The notes: generated from the letters alone by a model not told the origin. A DNA stretch of 64,000 bases from Dehalococcoidia bacterium (GCA_034421575.1 DAOUKG010000032.1:6873-70872), one strand, 5' to 3'. Positions 9,601 through 19,600 are shown, counted from the first letter of the stretch. A program made the numbers and translations.

Positions 9601-12600
9601 GTTGGACGCACGGGAAGCCGGGGCAACGAAATAGTACTCTGTTACGCCGGGCCCCTCACTTCGAAAGAGGATATCCAGGGGATCGACAGTCCCGCGAAGC
9701 CCGTCCGCAAGCGCGGCGCCACTTCGTCGCAGGATGTTCAACTCGTTGTGGCCGTGGGGATAGCGCTCAACCATCTTGTCCGCAAAGATCTCGGGGTCGG
9801 CCAGGGCATCGTCGGGCAAGGGGTCGCCAGTGCCAACTTCTACGATGTATCCACCCTGCTCTGTGGCCTCAGTGAGGAGTCCACCGTCCTTTAGCAGTCG
9901 GAGCATACGTCCAACCAGCTTGGTGTGTTGGGGTTCGATCTGCAGTAGGTCTCGAAGGGAATCGGGCTCGACCGGTTGGCCCTTGCGGCGCTGCCAACCC
10001 AGTTGTTCCAACGCCGCGAGAGAGTAGGAGCGGGATAGGCGCTCAAGGTCGCTCAGGAGCATGGCCCGGTCGTCGATCGTGACGCCCTCGCTCGATAGAT
10101 AGTCTTCAAACGTTCTCATACCTTCGCCGGCCGCTCGCGGCCCGACCAGCGCTTGGGCCGATTGCAGCGTGCCGACCAATGGGCGTTCTCGCCAGACAAC
10201 CTCGTAAAGCAGGTCGTCCAGTCCCTCCGATGCGGAGAGGAGTGCAGCTCGCGTGGCCCGCTTTACGGTGAATCCCGTTAGACCGCCGATGACATCCCCT
10301 TCAGGGGTGTAAAGCATCAAGTCACCGGTCAAGGTTTCGGGTGTTTGAGCGGTCGCTTCATTCTCGCCCTGCGCTTGAACGGTCTCCCTCAGCCGTGCGT
10401 GACAGACCAGTCGATCGGGCAGGGGGCCACTCAGCCATAGCCTCTCCCATCCGAATGGGAGATAGGTGGCGTCGCCTCCGATTCCTGAAAGGTTGCGGGT
10501 GGCCGAGAAGACCTGGAAGCAACCGTCGATCAGCAGCGGATGAATGTCCAAGTCGCCGGTATCTCCCGCGCCCTGAAGTGCAACTTCACCGACCGCCTCA
10601 CCTCCTTCACCCCAGAGAGCTTCCAGGGTACGGAATGACGGGCCGAATTCAATCCCGCTGGTAGTCTTAGCCCTGTAGTAGGCAGACAGGTCCTGAGGAG
10701 TGAGATCGGCCTTCAACGTGTCCAGGTCAATCCGCTTGCCGATTGCCGGCTGTGCGGCGTCCGGAGACAGACGTCCCTCGGCATGGAGCAGCCAGTCCTC
10801 ACCATCTTCTCCCTTGCTAAAGACCTCGAAGGTTCGCGCAGCTCCGTCCTTCGAGCCGCCGATGACCACCTGCAAACGGCGTCCCGGCGCCTCCCTGTCT
10901 CCGTCGGGAGAATATGCGGGGTAGACAAGAGGGTTATGCAGTTGCAATTCCTCTACTACAGAGGCATCCCCGCCCTCCATAAGTTGTACGGTGGCGGCCA
11001 TAGCTCCATAGACCGCGCCGGGCATGACGACTCTACCGTAGACCTGGTGGTCGTTAAGCCATGACGGGTCCGTGGGATACATCTCCGTTTCGTACATCAC
11101 GTCGCCATGGGGAGACTCGTGCCGGACGCCTAAGAGCGCGTGGGCGTCGCCGGACCTGCGCCTCTGAGAGGCGGTTACCCAATGCCGCTGTCGCTGGAAG
11201 GGATATCCCGGTACGGAGATGCGTCGCCGCTCCTCTCCTGCGAACAGGCCGGCAAAGTCGACCGGCAGGCCGGCCACGTAGGCGTCGGCGACTGCCTGGA
11301 CGAAGGCATCGGCACGTTCGGGCTCGGAACCGTCGAATGAGGGACGAAGCAGGCTCTGCAAGACGACGGGAGACACGACGTTTCCCACACCTTGCGGCCA
11401 GTTCAGGGACACCAGCGGGCCCAGGATTGCATGAGGACCGATCTCGATGACGGCGTCGACTCCGAGTTGCGCCAGGCTCTCGACGCAGCTGCGGAAGGCC
11501 ACGGGCTGCCTGGCATGTTGCCGCCAGTAGGCCCCGTCCATTCTTGTTTCCACCGGCTGGCCTGTCAGGTTGCTGACGAGAGGGATTGCGGGTTCGGAGA
11601 CAGACAATGTCGCAATGGCCGCCTCCATCTCATCAAGCCCGGGTTCGACGAGAGCGCTGTGATAGGCCGGGCTTGGCCTGAGCCGCCTTACGTTTAGCCC
11701 AGCCGACTCCAGTTGGTCAGAGAGGGCGTGTACTGCTTCCTGCGGTCCGCTGACCACCTGGTGAGTTCCATTGTCCACACCTATGCAAAGGTCTGCGCAG
11801 GGGTGCGCGTCGTTCCAATCGTTCACCGCTTGGGAAACCTCGTATTCGGGAGCGAATATCGCGGCCATGGCCCCGTCACTCGGAAGGTCTCCCATTATCC
11901 GGCCCCTGGCGGAGGCGAAGCGTAGGCCGTCCTCCAAGGTCAGAACGCCTGAAGAATAGGCGGCAGCAATCTCGCCCAAGCTGTGACCCAATACGACATC
12001 CGGCCGGATCCCAACACTGTCCCAGAGGGCCGTGAGCGCGCATTCCAGAGCGTAGATGGCGGGCTGAGTCCAACGGGGTTCATCCAGGTCCCCGGCAGCG
12101 CTGGCCCTGCCGAACATCACATCCAGTAGAGATGCGCCTCGCTCCTTTTGAATCAGCCGGTCGCAGCGGTCGAGAACGGCGCGAAATACCGGTTCGGTGC
12201 GATAGAGCAACTCGCCCATGCCCAGCCATTGATTGCCCTGTCCGGTGAAGGCAAAGGCTACTTTTGAGGCACGTTGGGCGCTGGGCTCGCCGGTAGAGTC
12301 CGCGATTTGCTTCAACCCGTCACGCAGAGAAGGGGCGTCTCGAAAGAGGACTGCATTACGGTTTTCAAAATGGCTGCGCGCAACACCGGCGGTCCAGGCC
12401 ATGTCGGAAAGATCGGCATCGTTGGCACTGCCGGAGGCGAATGCGGGGCCGCTCTGCTCGTCAAGCCAGGACAGGTAGGAGCTCGCCGCATCTCGCAAGG
12501 CGGCGTCGGACTTGCCCGAAAGCGGTAGAAGACGCGCGGGACGGGCATCAACATTCTCAGAGGGCGGTTCTTCCTCAGAACCGGTAAGTGTTGATGGAAC

Positions 12601-14040
12601 GGCGCGAAGCGGCCCGGCCGGTCGTGACATTCCACCATTGTCTACGAGAGGCTTGGCTGAATCGGGATAGCCTTCGACAATCACGTGGGCGTTCGTCCCC
12701 GACCAGCCGTAGGCACTTATGCCAGCGCGCGGAGGACGGTTCGGATGGAGCGGCCACTGGGTCAATTCCGAGGCTATCTTCACCGACAGCCGGTCCCAGT
12801 CCAGACGAGGGTTCGGATCCCGGAAGTGCAGATGCTTGGGGACCAACCCGTTCTGCAATGACAGCATGACCTTCATCAGACCGGCAACTCCAGCGGCAGG
12901 CTCCAGATGTCCGATGTTCGACTTTACCGAGCCGACCAACAGGGGGCGATCGGTTTCTCTCCCTCTGCCATATACTTCCGCGGCCGCGTTCAACTCGATG
13001 GGATCACCCACTTCCGTGCCCGTGCCGTGTGCCTCCAGGTAGTCCACTTCCGACGGAGCGACTCCAGCCCGCCGCAACGCTTCGGCGATCACGCCAGCCT
13101 GAGCCGGTTCGCTGGGCACCGTCAGCCCGGTGCTCGTCCCGTCCTGGTTGAGCGCAGAGCCTAGTATCACGCCCCAAATTCGGTCGCCGTCAGCCTCAGC
13201 GTCGCTGAGTCTTTTCAACACGACGATCCCGCAGCCCTCGCCTCGGACGAAGCCGTTGGCCGAGGCGTCGAAAGCCTTGCACTTGCCGTCTGGGGACAAC
13301 ATCCGGGCGTTAGCCCGCAGTTCCGTCAGCCGACCGGAGAGAATCGCCTGCACCCCGCCGGCCAAGATTGTATCCGCCTCGCCCCGTTGCAGGGCCGAGA
13401 CGGCCTGGTGCATTGCGACTAGGGAGGAGGAACAGGCGGTGTCCACCGCCATGGCGGGCCCTTCAAATCCCAGGGCGAACGCGACCCGGCCGGCAGCAGT
13501 GTTCAGGGAGGTGCCACTCACGGCGTAGAGGCTCGTGGTAGCCTCGGCGGTCTGGCTGGAATCCAGGTTGATGAGACGGTAGTCCATGTTGCTGATGCCG
13601 ATATAGACCCCGGTGCGGCTGCCCTTAAGCCGTTCCGGGTCTATGCCCGCGTCTTCGAGGGCCTGCCAACTCGTCTCCAACATCAGCCGCTGCTGCGGGT
13701 CCAACAGTTGCGCTTCGACGGGCGATATACGGAAGAACGAAGCGTCAAACAGGTCGATCCCGTCGATGAAGGCCCCGAACCGGCAGGCGTCGCTTTGGAC
13801 TTCGGCGTTGGGGTAAAGCTCGCCGACACGCCCGACACCTGAGCCGGGGACGCCCTCGGTCACTGCGTTCCTGCCCTCGACCAAAAGCTGCCAGAAGGAG
13901 TCCAGATCCGACGCACCCGGGAAGCGGCAGGCCATGCCTACTATCGCTATCGGCTCTCCGGTCTGGGAAACGCTCCGTTCCCCGTCCATGGATAGAGAGG
14001 CTGGTTGATTTGAGGAACTTGCATACGGTGTTTGTGTCAT
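3652..14040 (-). CDS. supA: Type I PKS, SupA-like (KS-AT-DH-cMT-ER-KR-ACP-KS-AT*)
   Basis: KS1 DTACSSS/HGTGT/NIGH; AT GHSLG; DH HQVYGRVVMP; MT LEVGAGTG; ER LIHTASGGVG; KR TGGLGGIG; ACP LGMDSL; KS2 DMACASS; degenerate AT2. Domain order matches the sponge-symbiont SupA PKS. Start taken at ATG 14040 (the ORF extends to 14124). Confidence 0.88.
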   Translation of the reverse strand: MTQTPYASSSNQPASLSMDGERSVSQTGEPIAIVGMACRFPGASDLDSFWQLLVEGRNAVTEGVPGSGVGRVGELYPNAEVQSDACRFGAFIDGIDLFDASFFRISPVEAQLLDPQQRLMLETSWQALEDAGIDPERLKGSRTGVYIGISNMDYRLINLDSSQTAEATTSLYAVSGTSLNTAAGRVAFALGFEGPAMAVDTACSSSLVAMHQAVSALQRGEADTILAGGVQAILSGRLTELRANARMLSPDGKCKAFDASANGFVRGEGCGIVVLKRLSDAEADGDRIWGVILGSALNQDGTSTGLTVPSEPAQAGVIAEALRRAGVAPSEVDYLEAHGTGTEVGDPIELNAAAEVYGRGRETDRPLLVGSVKSNIGHLEPAAGVAGLMKVMLSLQNGLVPKHLHFRDPNPRLDWDRLSVKIASELTQWPLHPNRPPRAGISAYGWSGTNAHVIVEGYPDSAKPLVDNGGMSRPAGPLRAVPSTLTGSEEEPPSENVDARPARLLPLSGKSDAALRDAASSYLSWLDEQSGPAFASGSANDADLSDMAWTAGVARSHFENRNAVLFRDAPSLRDGLKQIADSTGEPSAQRASKVAFAFTGQGNQWLGMGELLYRTEPVFRAVLDRCDRLIQKERGASLLDVMFGRASAAGDLDEPRWTQPAIYALECALTALWDSVGIRPDVVLGHSLGEIAAAYSSGVLTLEDGLRFASARGRIMGDLPSDGAMAAIFAPEYEVSQAVNDWNDAHPCADLCIGVDNGTHQVVSGPQEAVHALSDQLESAGLNVRRLRPSPAYHSALVEPGLDEMEAAIATLSVSEPAIPLVSNLTGQPVETRMDGAYWRQHARQPVAFRSCVESLAQLGVDAVIEIGPHAILGPLVSLNWPQGVGNVVSPVVLQSLLRPSFDGSEPERADAFVQAVADAYVAGLPVDFAGLFAGEERRRISVPGYPFQRQRHWVTASQRRRSGDAHALLGVRHESPHGDVMYETEMYPTDPSWLNDHQVYGRVVMPGAVYGAMAATVQLMEGGDASVVEELQLHNPLVYPAYSPDGDREAPGRRLQVVIGGSKDGAARTFEVFSKGEDGEDWLLHAEGRLSPDAAQPAIGKRIDLDTLKADLTPQDLSAYYRAKTTSGIEFGPSFRTLEALWGEGGEAVGEVALQGAGDTGDLDIHPLLIDGCFQVFSATRNLSGIGGDATYLPFGWERLWLSGPLPDRLVCHARLRETVQAQGENEATAQTPETLTGDLMLYTPEGDVIGGLTGFTVKRATRAALLSASEGLDDLLYEVVWRERPLVGTLQSAQALVGPRAAGEGMRTFEDYLSSEGVTIDDRAMLLSDLERLSRSYSLAALEQLGWQRRKGQPVEPDSLRDLLQIEPQHTKLVGRMLRLLKDGGLLTEATEQGGYIVEVGTGDPLPDDALADPEIFADKMVERYPHGHNELNILRRSGAALADGLRGTVDPLDILFRSEGPGVTEYYFVAPASRASNRLLADAVARVVRDWTGERRLRVLEVGAGTGSATSVVLPELPAECDYVFTDISAGFFAEAEDRFSGSEIPIEYRPLDIERDPSNQGFESHAYDLIIAANVLHATRDLGETLTHCRELLAPSGQLMALENMRGRGWQDITFGLLDGWWRFADDYRPSHAMAHPSIWCRALLDSGYDEVGFLGTEGADEGGPFGSSVILAQGPAEIAQSPGSWVISSDSGGTGLLLARELESRNQSVVLAEPSRPSETPVSEVNIVRRAVSAGSRESWQDLLKELPKDIPLQGVLHLNALDGHGPQASTAQLLEDAKSAGSTALALVQGILDADVAPEKGLWFITLGAQALERDYMGENVGELAGATLWGFGRAVAREAGYLRPQLLDLDPANPARIAHLADELTHPDQETQVAYRDGNRLAARLIRSGSSRVRLELPEESAWRLMPGAEGALEGLHAEPVQDQPLAPGQVRVAVDAVGLNFLDVLLSMGVVNSADPKLGEEFSGRIVEAAPDVTDFAVGDRVVGLAFGTFGPEVVTRADLVAAAPGGISASALATIPSAFVSAGLSFEMADLKAGDRVLIHTASGGVGLAAVQLAQAAGLEVFATASSPKQAYLRSLGIEHVFDSRTAEFGQDILEATNGAGVNMVLNSLTGPGFIEAGLSCLADGGSFVEMGRRDIWTAEEMAASRPDVSYSILELDWLKLNEPTVPGAVLRDVMKKISAGSLKPLAHTRWPIAEAGAAMDFMRSARHIGKNVLALPPMAGGRLRPDRTYLVTGGLGGIGTVVAEWLADHGAGVIVLNGRRSPDPEAVEVIEALRQRGVDVRVELADATQPAEIDAMLARMDAEMPPLAGVIHSVGVLSDGSLGNQTWERFEQVLWPKVLGAWQLHKATLDQDLDLFVLFSSITGVLGNSGQGNHAAANTYLDQLAAYRRSLGLPGQSIAWGAWSGLGEAEEQRERIERQLAASGTGWIAPEQGLQAFDQLVRQDLTAGMVAVVDWPVFAENFEEKNPFLDELVTEDSETDESADVDDADLLSQLRQRPATDWASLLSSFLQGEIQAVLRLQSAPAASVGFFDLGMDSLMAVELRNRLNRALSGEYVVSNTAVFDYPDITALATHLAEELGQLGEVDDAPSSPASPEPLTPEPGVSTRTDEDAIAVVGMACRFPGANDLAEYWKLLEAGADAITEGRRDDGSWSGAVGDPDAEEVINRRGAFVDGIDWFDSRFFRISPIEARLMDPQQRMLLETSWQALEDAGVAPDSLRGSRTGVYAGVGTSEYRDLLQSHSLAHGFLGTTGSVAVGRIAFALGLEGPALPVDMACASSLASVHQAAVSLQTGEVDLALAGGVNVVLSPSTSAFMLEIGMLSPTGYCRPFDASANGYVRGEGCGMVVLKRLSEAESDGDRIYAVIRGSAVNQNGASAGLTVPNGPAQERVMTDALAQAGVSPSDVDYLEAHATGSQLGDPIELNAASSVYGKGRDEDRPLLVGTVKSNIGHLEWAAGIAAFIKAVLSMNKGVIPPHLHYQDPNPNVEWDRMPVRIMSDKTAWPTNSGRLPLAGVNAFGLSGTNAHVLLEGYGATPGDLVDPNGTRLPTGAPQPIPMSLPEQTDAVSISDEAPTERTVRLLPLSGKSEGALRESVKRYLSWLDGEEGSESDAMLSDMAWTASVGRSHFAHRTGLVFSDAEQLRQKLRALADTDEASDGETPREAGRVAFAFTGYERTWAGMGEALYRSEPVVRTVLDRCDDLVRQERGTSLLDVMFGRPGIEHDLNDPAWAEPAIYALQCALTAQWASIGIRPSAAVAQGSGRIAAAQAAGVFSLDEGLRLAVALGELKETQTEFDSQAASESLQTTLDGVTFAVPSLPFVNTPTGQMVESLDALGIDYWLGEDQVPTLLSGHVETLAQLGVDVVVGIGPDSTMERIIGDTWPDSSEVPVILSPLENPPNDGESPESDEGFVRAVAQAYEAGLDISFTGLFAGEFRRRISIPSYPFQRRRHWL

Positions 14041-14587
14041 ATGGCATTTGTCCCTGAGGTTGGGTTTATCGAAGAGGAATCCGCTATCAGCATTATGACA
14101 AGCGGCAAGCGATTGGGAAAGCACTCCCGACCGGCGGGCCTGTGGTAATGGGGATATCGCAGATGGCCTTAGCGGTTCCCCGGCTCATGGGCGTATCTGT
14201 GGAGCACTACCTGCAAGTTGCGTGGACAGCGCCCTCAATGGAATGGGAGGTACTCATGGTTCGTCTTTGCAACTACAGGGTCCGCATAGGTGGACGTGCC
14301 GAGTCCATGGGTTCATCACGGTAAAGAGGTTTTATCCTGGCGCTGCGGAAAGTGGCTGCCTCCAGAGCATCTCATCTCGCAGCGCTGGACAGGAAGCACT
14401 TCCCTCAGACAATTCACGGAAGAGTTCGAGTCCCCGCAGGTCTTAGATACAAATGAGTGGGCCAAGGCGTACCGATTTACGAACTTTTCGGTGGGATGTT
14501 CGTATATAGCCCAAGTGGGGAAAACAGCAGGAACAAGACCGTCAAGAATCCCACGAAGATCAGGAACATTACGGAGTACCTGTTGGT

Positions 14588-14974
14588 TTACGAGATTTCG
14601 GTCAACTCCGGGAGGCTGGTGACCCTAGCGGGCAGGTACATGTCCACGTCGTCCGGTGTCGGGACCCGCGCCGGCGATATCGCTCCCTCGATGTCCGTCC
14701 AGGTCGTCCCGTCCTCGGACCTGGCCCACTCCCATCTCTGGTCCGTCACCCCCTCGTCCTCATCGGACAGGCTGGCCGAGAGCGGCCGGTCGACCTGTGG
14801 CTGCAACCTGCTGATGCTCACCGCACCGGCCTCGTCAACGTCCGTGACCGTCACGGACACGTCGTGGGCGCCGCCGGACGCCTCGACGGTCACCCTGTAG
14901 AGGTTCTCGCTCGTGGGACCGGCCGGGGCCGCGTTCGCAAGCACAAGAGCGGTGAGTGCGATGACCAACGCCAT
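14588..14974 (-). pseudogene. Internally deleted cadherin-domain surface protein remnant
   Basis: A signal-like MALVIALTALVLANAAPA is fused directly to NLYRVTVEAS..VSVTVTDVDEAG..PQV..LSASLSDED..WEWARS..WTDIEGA, then truncated. Confidence 0.65.
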
Positions 14975-15125
14975 GATCCGGGAGTCTCCGTATGGGGGAA
15001 TTCCCAGGCTCGGACGGAATCCCAAGCGGCGCCGCGCGCCAATGGTCGGCACTTCGGATGATCCGGCAGGAGCTTCCGGCACAGGTGATCAGCCCCCTAG
15101 AGTCCTCCCGCTACGACGGTGAGCG

Positions 15126-15430
15126 TCAGTGGGGGGCCGGTGATGCCGGGGTTGAGGCTGGCCGGGGTGAGGAGGATGGTCTCGCCCGCGACGGCGCCGG
15201 CAGAGGCGGAGATGGAGAATGTTCCGGGCTCGCCGGCGTTGCCGGGGTTCGTGGACGAAGAAGACCGCCAGCACAGCGAGCGTGGCGGTCAGCAGCAGGC
15301 GCGGGGAAAGACGGCGGGTCTACTCAGCCTGCGACATGTCGGCCTCCTCCATGAACCGCAACAGTCGTTGGGGGAGATCGTCGGGTACGACGTAGACTCT
15401 TCTGCTGTGGTCTACGCGCTGTCTTGGCAC
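15126..15430 (-). pseudogene. Degraded small HTH gene (same family as 23259-23829) fused to a hydrophobic fragment
   Basis: GTG at 15430 reads MPRQRVDHSRRVYVVPDDLPQRLLRFMEEADMSQAE*TRRL, with an in-frame TAG at 15320-15322, followed by a frameshifted tail. Confidence 0.55.
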
Positions 15431-15553
15431 GGCGCGGGCTCTTCCATGGGGCTCATGCGGTCTTCTTGCGTTTCAGCCCTTCCCCCACGGCTGCGGGTGC
15501 GGGCGCCATTTAGCTTGTTAGTCGGTATTGGCAGCGGGTCCCAAATCCTGTTG

Positions 15554-16630
15554 CTATGCGGGTGGGGACGAGAGCAGGGCAATCGTCTCTTCGGCGGCAG
15601 AGATGCCGCTGGACAGCGCCCCGTTGACCAGGGGAACTCGCGTGTAATCGCCCGCCAGGAAGAGATTGGGCAGGTCCTGTGCGAGGTCGCGACGGGCGTT
15701 TGCCACCGACCTGAACATCCCGGGCGGCCCCTTACACACCGCTATCTTCCATCGGTAGACGCGAGTGAACAGTCCCTCGTCGTCCCCCGGAAGGGCCGAA
15801 CCGGGCGGCGGGTTCCGGCGAATGTCCCGCAGCAACTCGCGCTTGACCTCCTCATCATCCAGTTCCAGCAATTGCTTTGCGCGCTCGCGCCCCGCGATCA
15901 GGTCCAACGTGCTCTTCCCCGGTGGCACGCAGTCCGGCAGGTTGATGGACCGGTCCAGAATGAGGGGAGTCTCGTCTTCCGGGTAGATCGCGCCGTGCCA
16001 GCCGGGAGGCAGCGGTGGATGGGCCAGTCCCATCACCAACCGGCACGCGGAGGAGTAGGTGACGTTGCTCAGGGTCTCACGGACCCTCTGTGGAAGTCCG
16101 GGAATGATCTCCAGCGCTACCGGAGCGGGGACCGCGCAGATGACCGCGTCGGCCTCGATGGTCTCGCCGTCGATCACCACGCCCGTCACGCCCCGCTCCC
16201 CGACCAGTACCTTCCTCACGGGCGTCGAAACGCGGGTGACGTCTGCGCACGCATCGCGCAGGGCGCGGGCAAGTGCGCCCGCCCCTTTCTCCGGCTGCAT
16301 GAGCTTGTGCGGTCGCAGAAACGTGTTGGCCAAGTACCCCCTGATGTACGCCTGGCTGGAGAAAGCGACATAGTCCAGCACGCCATTCTCAACGAACCCG
16401 CTGAGGGTGACACGGAGGGACTCGGACGCGCCCGTCCTCTCCAGGTACTCGCCGAAGGTCTCGTCTCCGTCGATCTCGGCCATGCGGCTGTTGCTGGCGA
16501 ACGTCAGGTAGTCGGCTTGGCGAAAAACCTTATAGATCAGCTTCATCGCCCCCCAGGACAGCAGTCCCAGGTTCGCAAACGCGCTCAGGTTGCTGACCAT
16601 GCCGGGAATGGACGGAGCAGCCGTGGTGAC
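15554..16630 (-). pseudogene. FAD-dependent oxidoreductase (amine oxidase/protoporphyrinogen oxidase-like), N-terminally truncated
   Basis: ADAVICAVPAP, LFLAGDY and NGALSSG are present. The N-terminal GxGxxG dinucleotide motif is absent; upstream sequence is occupied by the divergent 16656 gene. Confidence 0.75.
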
Positions 16631-16655
16631 ACGTGCGCTCAACCATCGGAGCCAA

Positions 16656-19600
16656 ATGTCAGATGACGCCTGCTCCGAGCTTGACTTGATTCTCAACAAC
16701 GAAGTCGCCATCCCGCAGTTCCCTAGGTACCCTGCAAGGGCGCCGCTGCCAATCCTAAGGCAGGCCATCCTTCGAGATATCCATCACTCCGAGTCTCTCC
16801 TAATCGCGGTCCTCAAGACTTGGTTCGTCTCACAGCTTGAGCTACGTGGCTTGATAGTAGAACATCTTCGCAAAACAGATACGTCCATCAATTATCCAAA
16901 TTTTGAGGCGTATCAACTTGACGGCTACTGGCCATTTGATGATTGGTCTTCTTTGTGCGAAGAGATCGTGGAAGCGAACGGAAGTTTAGATCGGAACGAA
17001 GTGGCTCTGATGCTCTGCTGCGTGACAGGTAAACTGCCTATGTCGCTCGCTGCTGGGGCAGTTGCTGAGAGTAGAACGATGAAATCCGACCGTCTTCAAC
17101 AGACCTTAACCTACCTTAAGGCACTGCCTGCTAATGACCCACAATGGGAAGGGGATGTCCCTACGTTCCTATCGTCCATTGTCGAGCTGTCTGAAGAAAA
17201 AGCGGCCGAGCGTGCGAACGCTGTGTCGCTGGAAGAGTTGATCACGACAATCTCTGAATTCAGAGAACAGCATTGCCAACAACTAGAGTACTTTGAGTTT
17301 GATATCTCTGACTGGACAGAGCCAACACATTTCAACGCATCGGTCTTGGCAGAGGTTCATGGTCTTCTAGGAAGGTTGTCAAGTTGCTTCGATGAACACA
17401 GCTCGATCCCTCAACAAGGATCGTCCGTCCGTGAGACTAGACGCCTTAATCGAGAGAGGGAGGGAGTCGAAGATCGCATCATCGGCGTCAAGTCAGAATT
17501 GGATCAACTGCTGACAGTTGACGGTGGGCCAGATGAACCACCTCAGAAGCCAACTCCAGATGGGGCCAGTCCTCCACCAGATATTCAATCGGAAGTTTCG
17601 GACGCGAATGCTGACGCAACCTTGTCCGATTTGCAGTTGTCAGAAAGGAGCTTCGAATTCGATCCAATAGAAGCCAACCACACTGTTGTCCTACCGAACC
17701 ACGCCGACAGCCTAGTCATAGCACCGGTCCCAAGTGTCCCCACGGCGACCGTTGACGTTTCTGTGGAATCGCGGGAGCATGGTGAAATCAGTTGCGTTCA
17801 GGATGACAGTGGAAAACATAGGGTTGAGAATATCGGCGTAGGTCAAACCACTGTGTCGATAACTGTAATGGCCGAGGATGGTGCAACTACTCAAACCTAC
17901 ATCTTGTCAGTTGAGCGTGTTCCAAGTGATGACGCCACTCTCAGGAGGTTGGAGTCGACGGCGGGAGAGTTGGAGTTCGACTGGGCACTTCGGGAATACA
18001 ACATCGACGTTGCCAACGGAGACAAGGAACTGTCAGTGGCATTCGAGACTAACCATAGCTCAGCCACGGTTGAGGCAACTCTCGAACGGCCTGATGATAC
18101 GACTACAGACCTGATCGCGTCCGAGAACGGAGTATGCGAGGTTCCAGGACTGGGAGGCGGACAATCTACTCTGTCTCTTGAGGTAACTGCTGAAGATGGT
18201 GTTACCACTCACACGTACAGGCTAACTCTGAACACTCGCCTCCGCCCGACTTCAGATCACGCTGCGTTAATGTGGTCTCTGGTAGCTGACGATGATCTTG
18301 CCGGAGCTTACTGGATATCGAAGAGCCTCGCTAATCAGGGGCTGATAGCGGCTCACCTGCCCACGCTACTCAAAGCGGTCCAGGTCGCTAGGTGGCTTTC
18401 GCCTGAATCGAGGGATTTCGTCGAAGACCTATTCGCAACCGTATCGCAAACCGACGACTCCTTCGGCGACGATGCTTACGTCATGCTTGGCCTAGCCGCT
18501 TCTATTCAACCATCTATCATCGCGCCTGAAACTAATCTTCTGGCCTGGCTAGTTTCTCCCAGCCGCTTCCCCTCACTTGGAATGCTCGTGTCGTCAGTCA
18601 GAGACTTTGCAAATCGGGGCTACGCACTCGGGCCCGAGCACATTCGAGGCGACGAATGGCATCGTCATCTTCAGAACCTGATCGGCGAAGCCAGTTCTGA
18701 CGCCCACACATGGTTGGGGGATTCCAATAAGCGTTTTCACAACCTCGTGAGGGCAAACAATGTCTGGAGACGCCTTTGCACCGATGGGGGGATGCTTAAC
18801 AATTTGCTAAGCAGAGTAGCAGAGGACCATCGTTCAGAGGTCGCACGAGTGCAGAGCGATGTGGAGGCTCTGGGTGAAGAAGCCTTTCGGCTCGAACTCA
18901 TAAACGAAACCGACAGGTCGCTCCATTCCAATGCTAAGAGCGACATCACAGGTGCTGCCAGAGACTGGCTTCATCGGGGAATCATTCAGGCCACCGAGCT
19001 AGCCTCGCGCTGGTGTGACTTAGTGGACCGAGAGAACGAGTCTCGTACACAGTCGCAGAACCAGTGGTTGTCGGATCATGTTGCTAAGTTGCGCACAGAC
19101 ATTACATCCGTATTTCAGGATGTATTCAATGAACTCTCCAGAGCCACCTCTGATTCATCACAGAGCGATCTTGCCGCTTCATCCCTTTGCGTAGCACGCT
19201 CAATACACTTGTTGCTAGACTACCTGAGTATCAACCACAACGCCGATCACCTATCACCGGTTTCACCTGTTGTCGCCAACCTACACAAGGTAGTTCAGAA
19301 TTCGGACTTCGCAGGACTTGGCATTGCCCCCGGTTCTCATATTGAAACGGCTCTTTCTAGGCGCTTGTTGTGGATACCTACCGTGGATCTCGGAGACGAT
19401 GGTCTGCCGGTGAATGCCAAAGAACCTATCGACCTCCAGAGAGCGGAGGTTGACTGGTTCTCAATTGACACTCCGCTTGAACTAGTTGTGAGGACTCGAA
19501 TCAGCAATGGCGATTTTCGATTTCTCGGCTTATTGTCGTTCGATCCAGAAACAGGCCAACCCGTCAAACCGGAAGCGACGTACGTCACTGATCTCGCGGC

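Noticed and set aside
3424-13816. Numerous + strand and alternative-frame ORFs (60-260 aa) across the PKS
   Set aside because: They are shadow ORFs of a GC-rich coding strand, with no motifs and Arg/Pro/Ser-rich composition.
14290-14622. Possible DNA methyltransferase (Mod-type) fragment (..DTNEW..ELFGG..ITEYLLVYE)
   Set aside because: The resemblance requires frameshifts and has no DPPY or FxGxG motif; too weak to call without a search.
15119-16666. 515-aa + strand ORF
   Set aside because: It is antisense to the recognisable oxidoreductase and HTH remnants and has no coherent domain.
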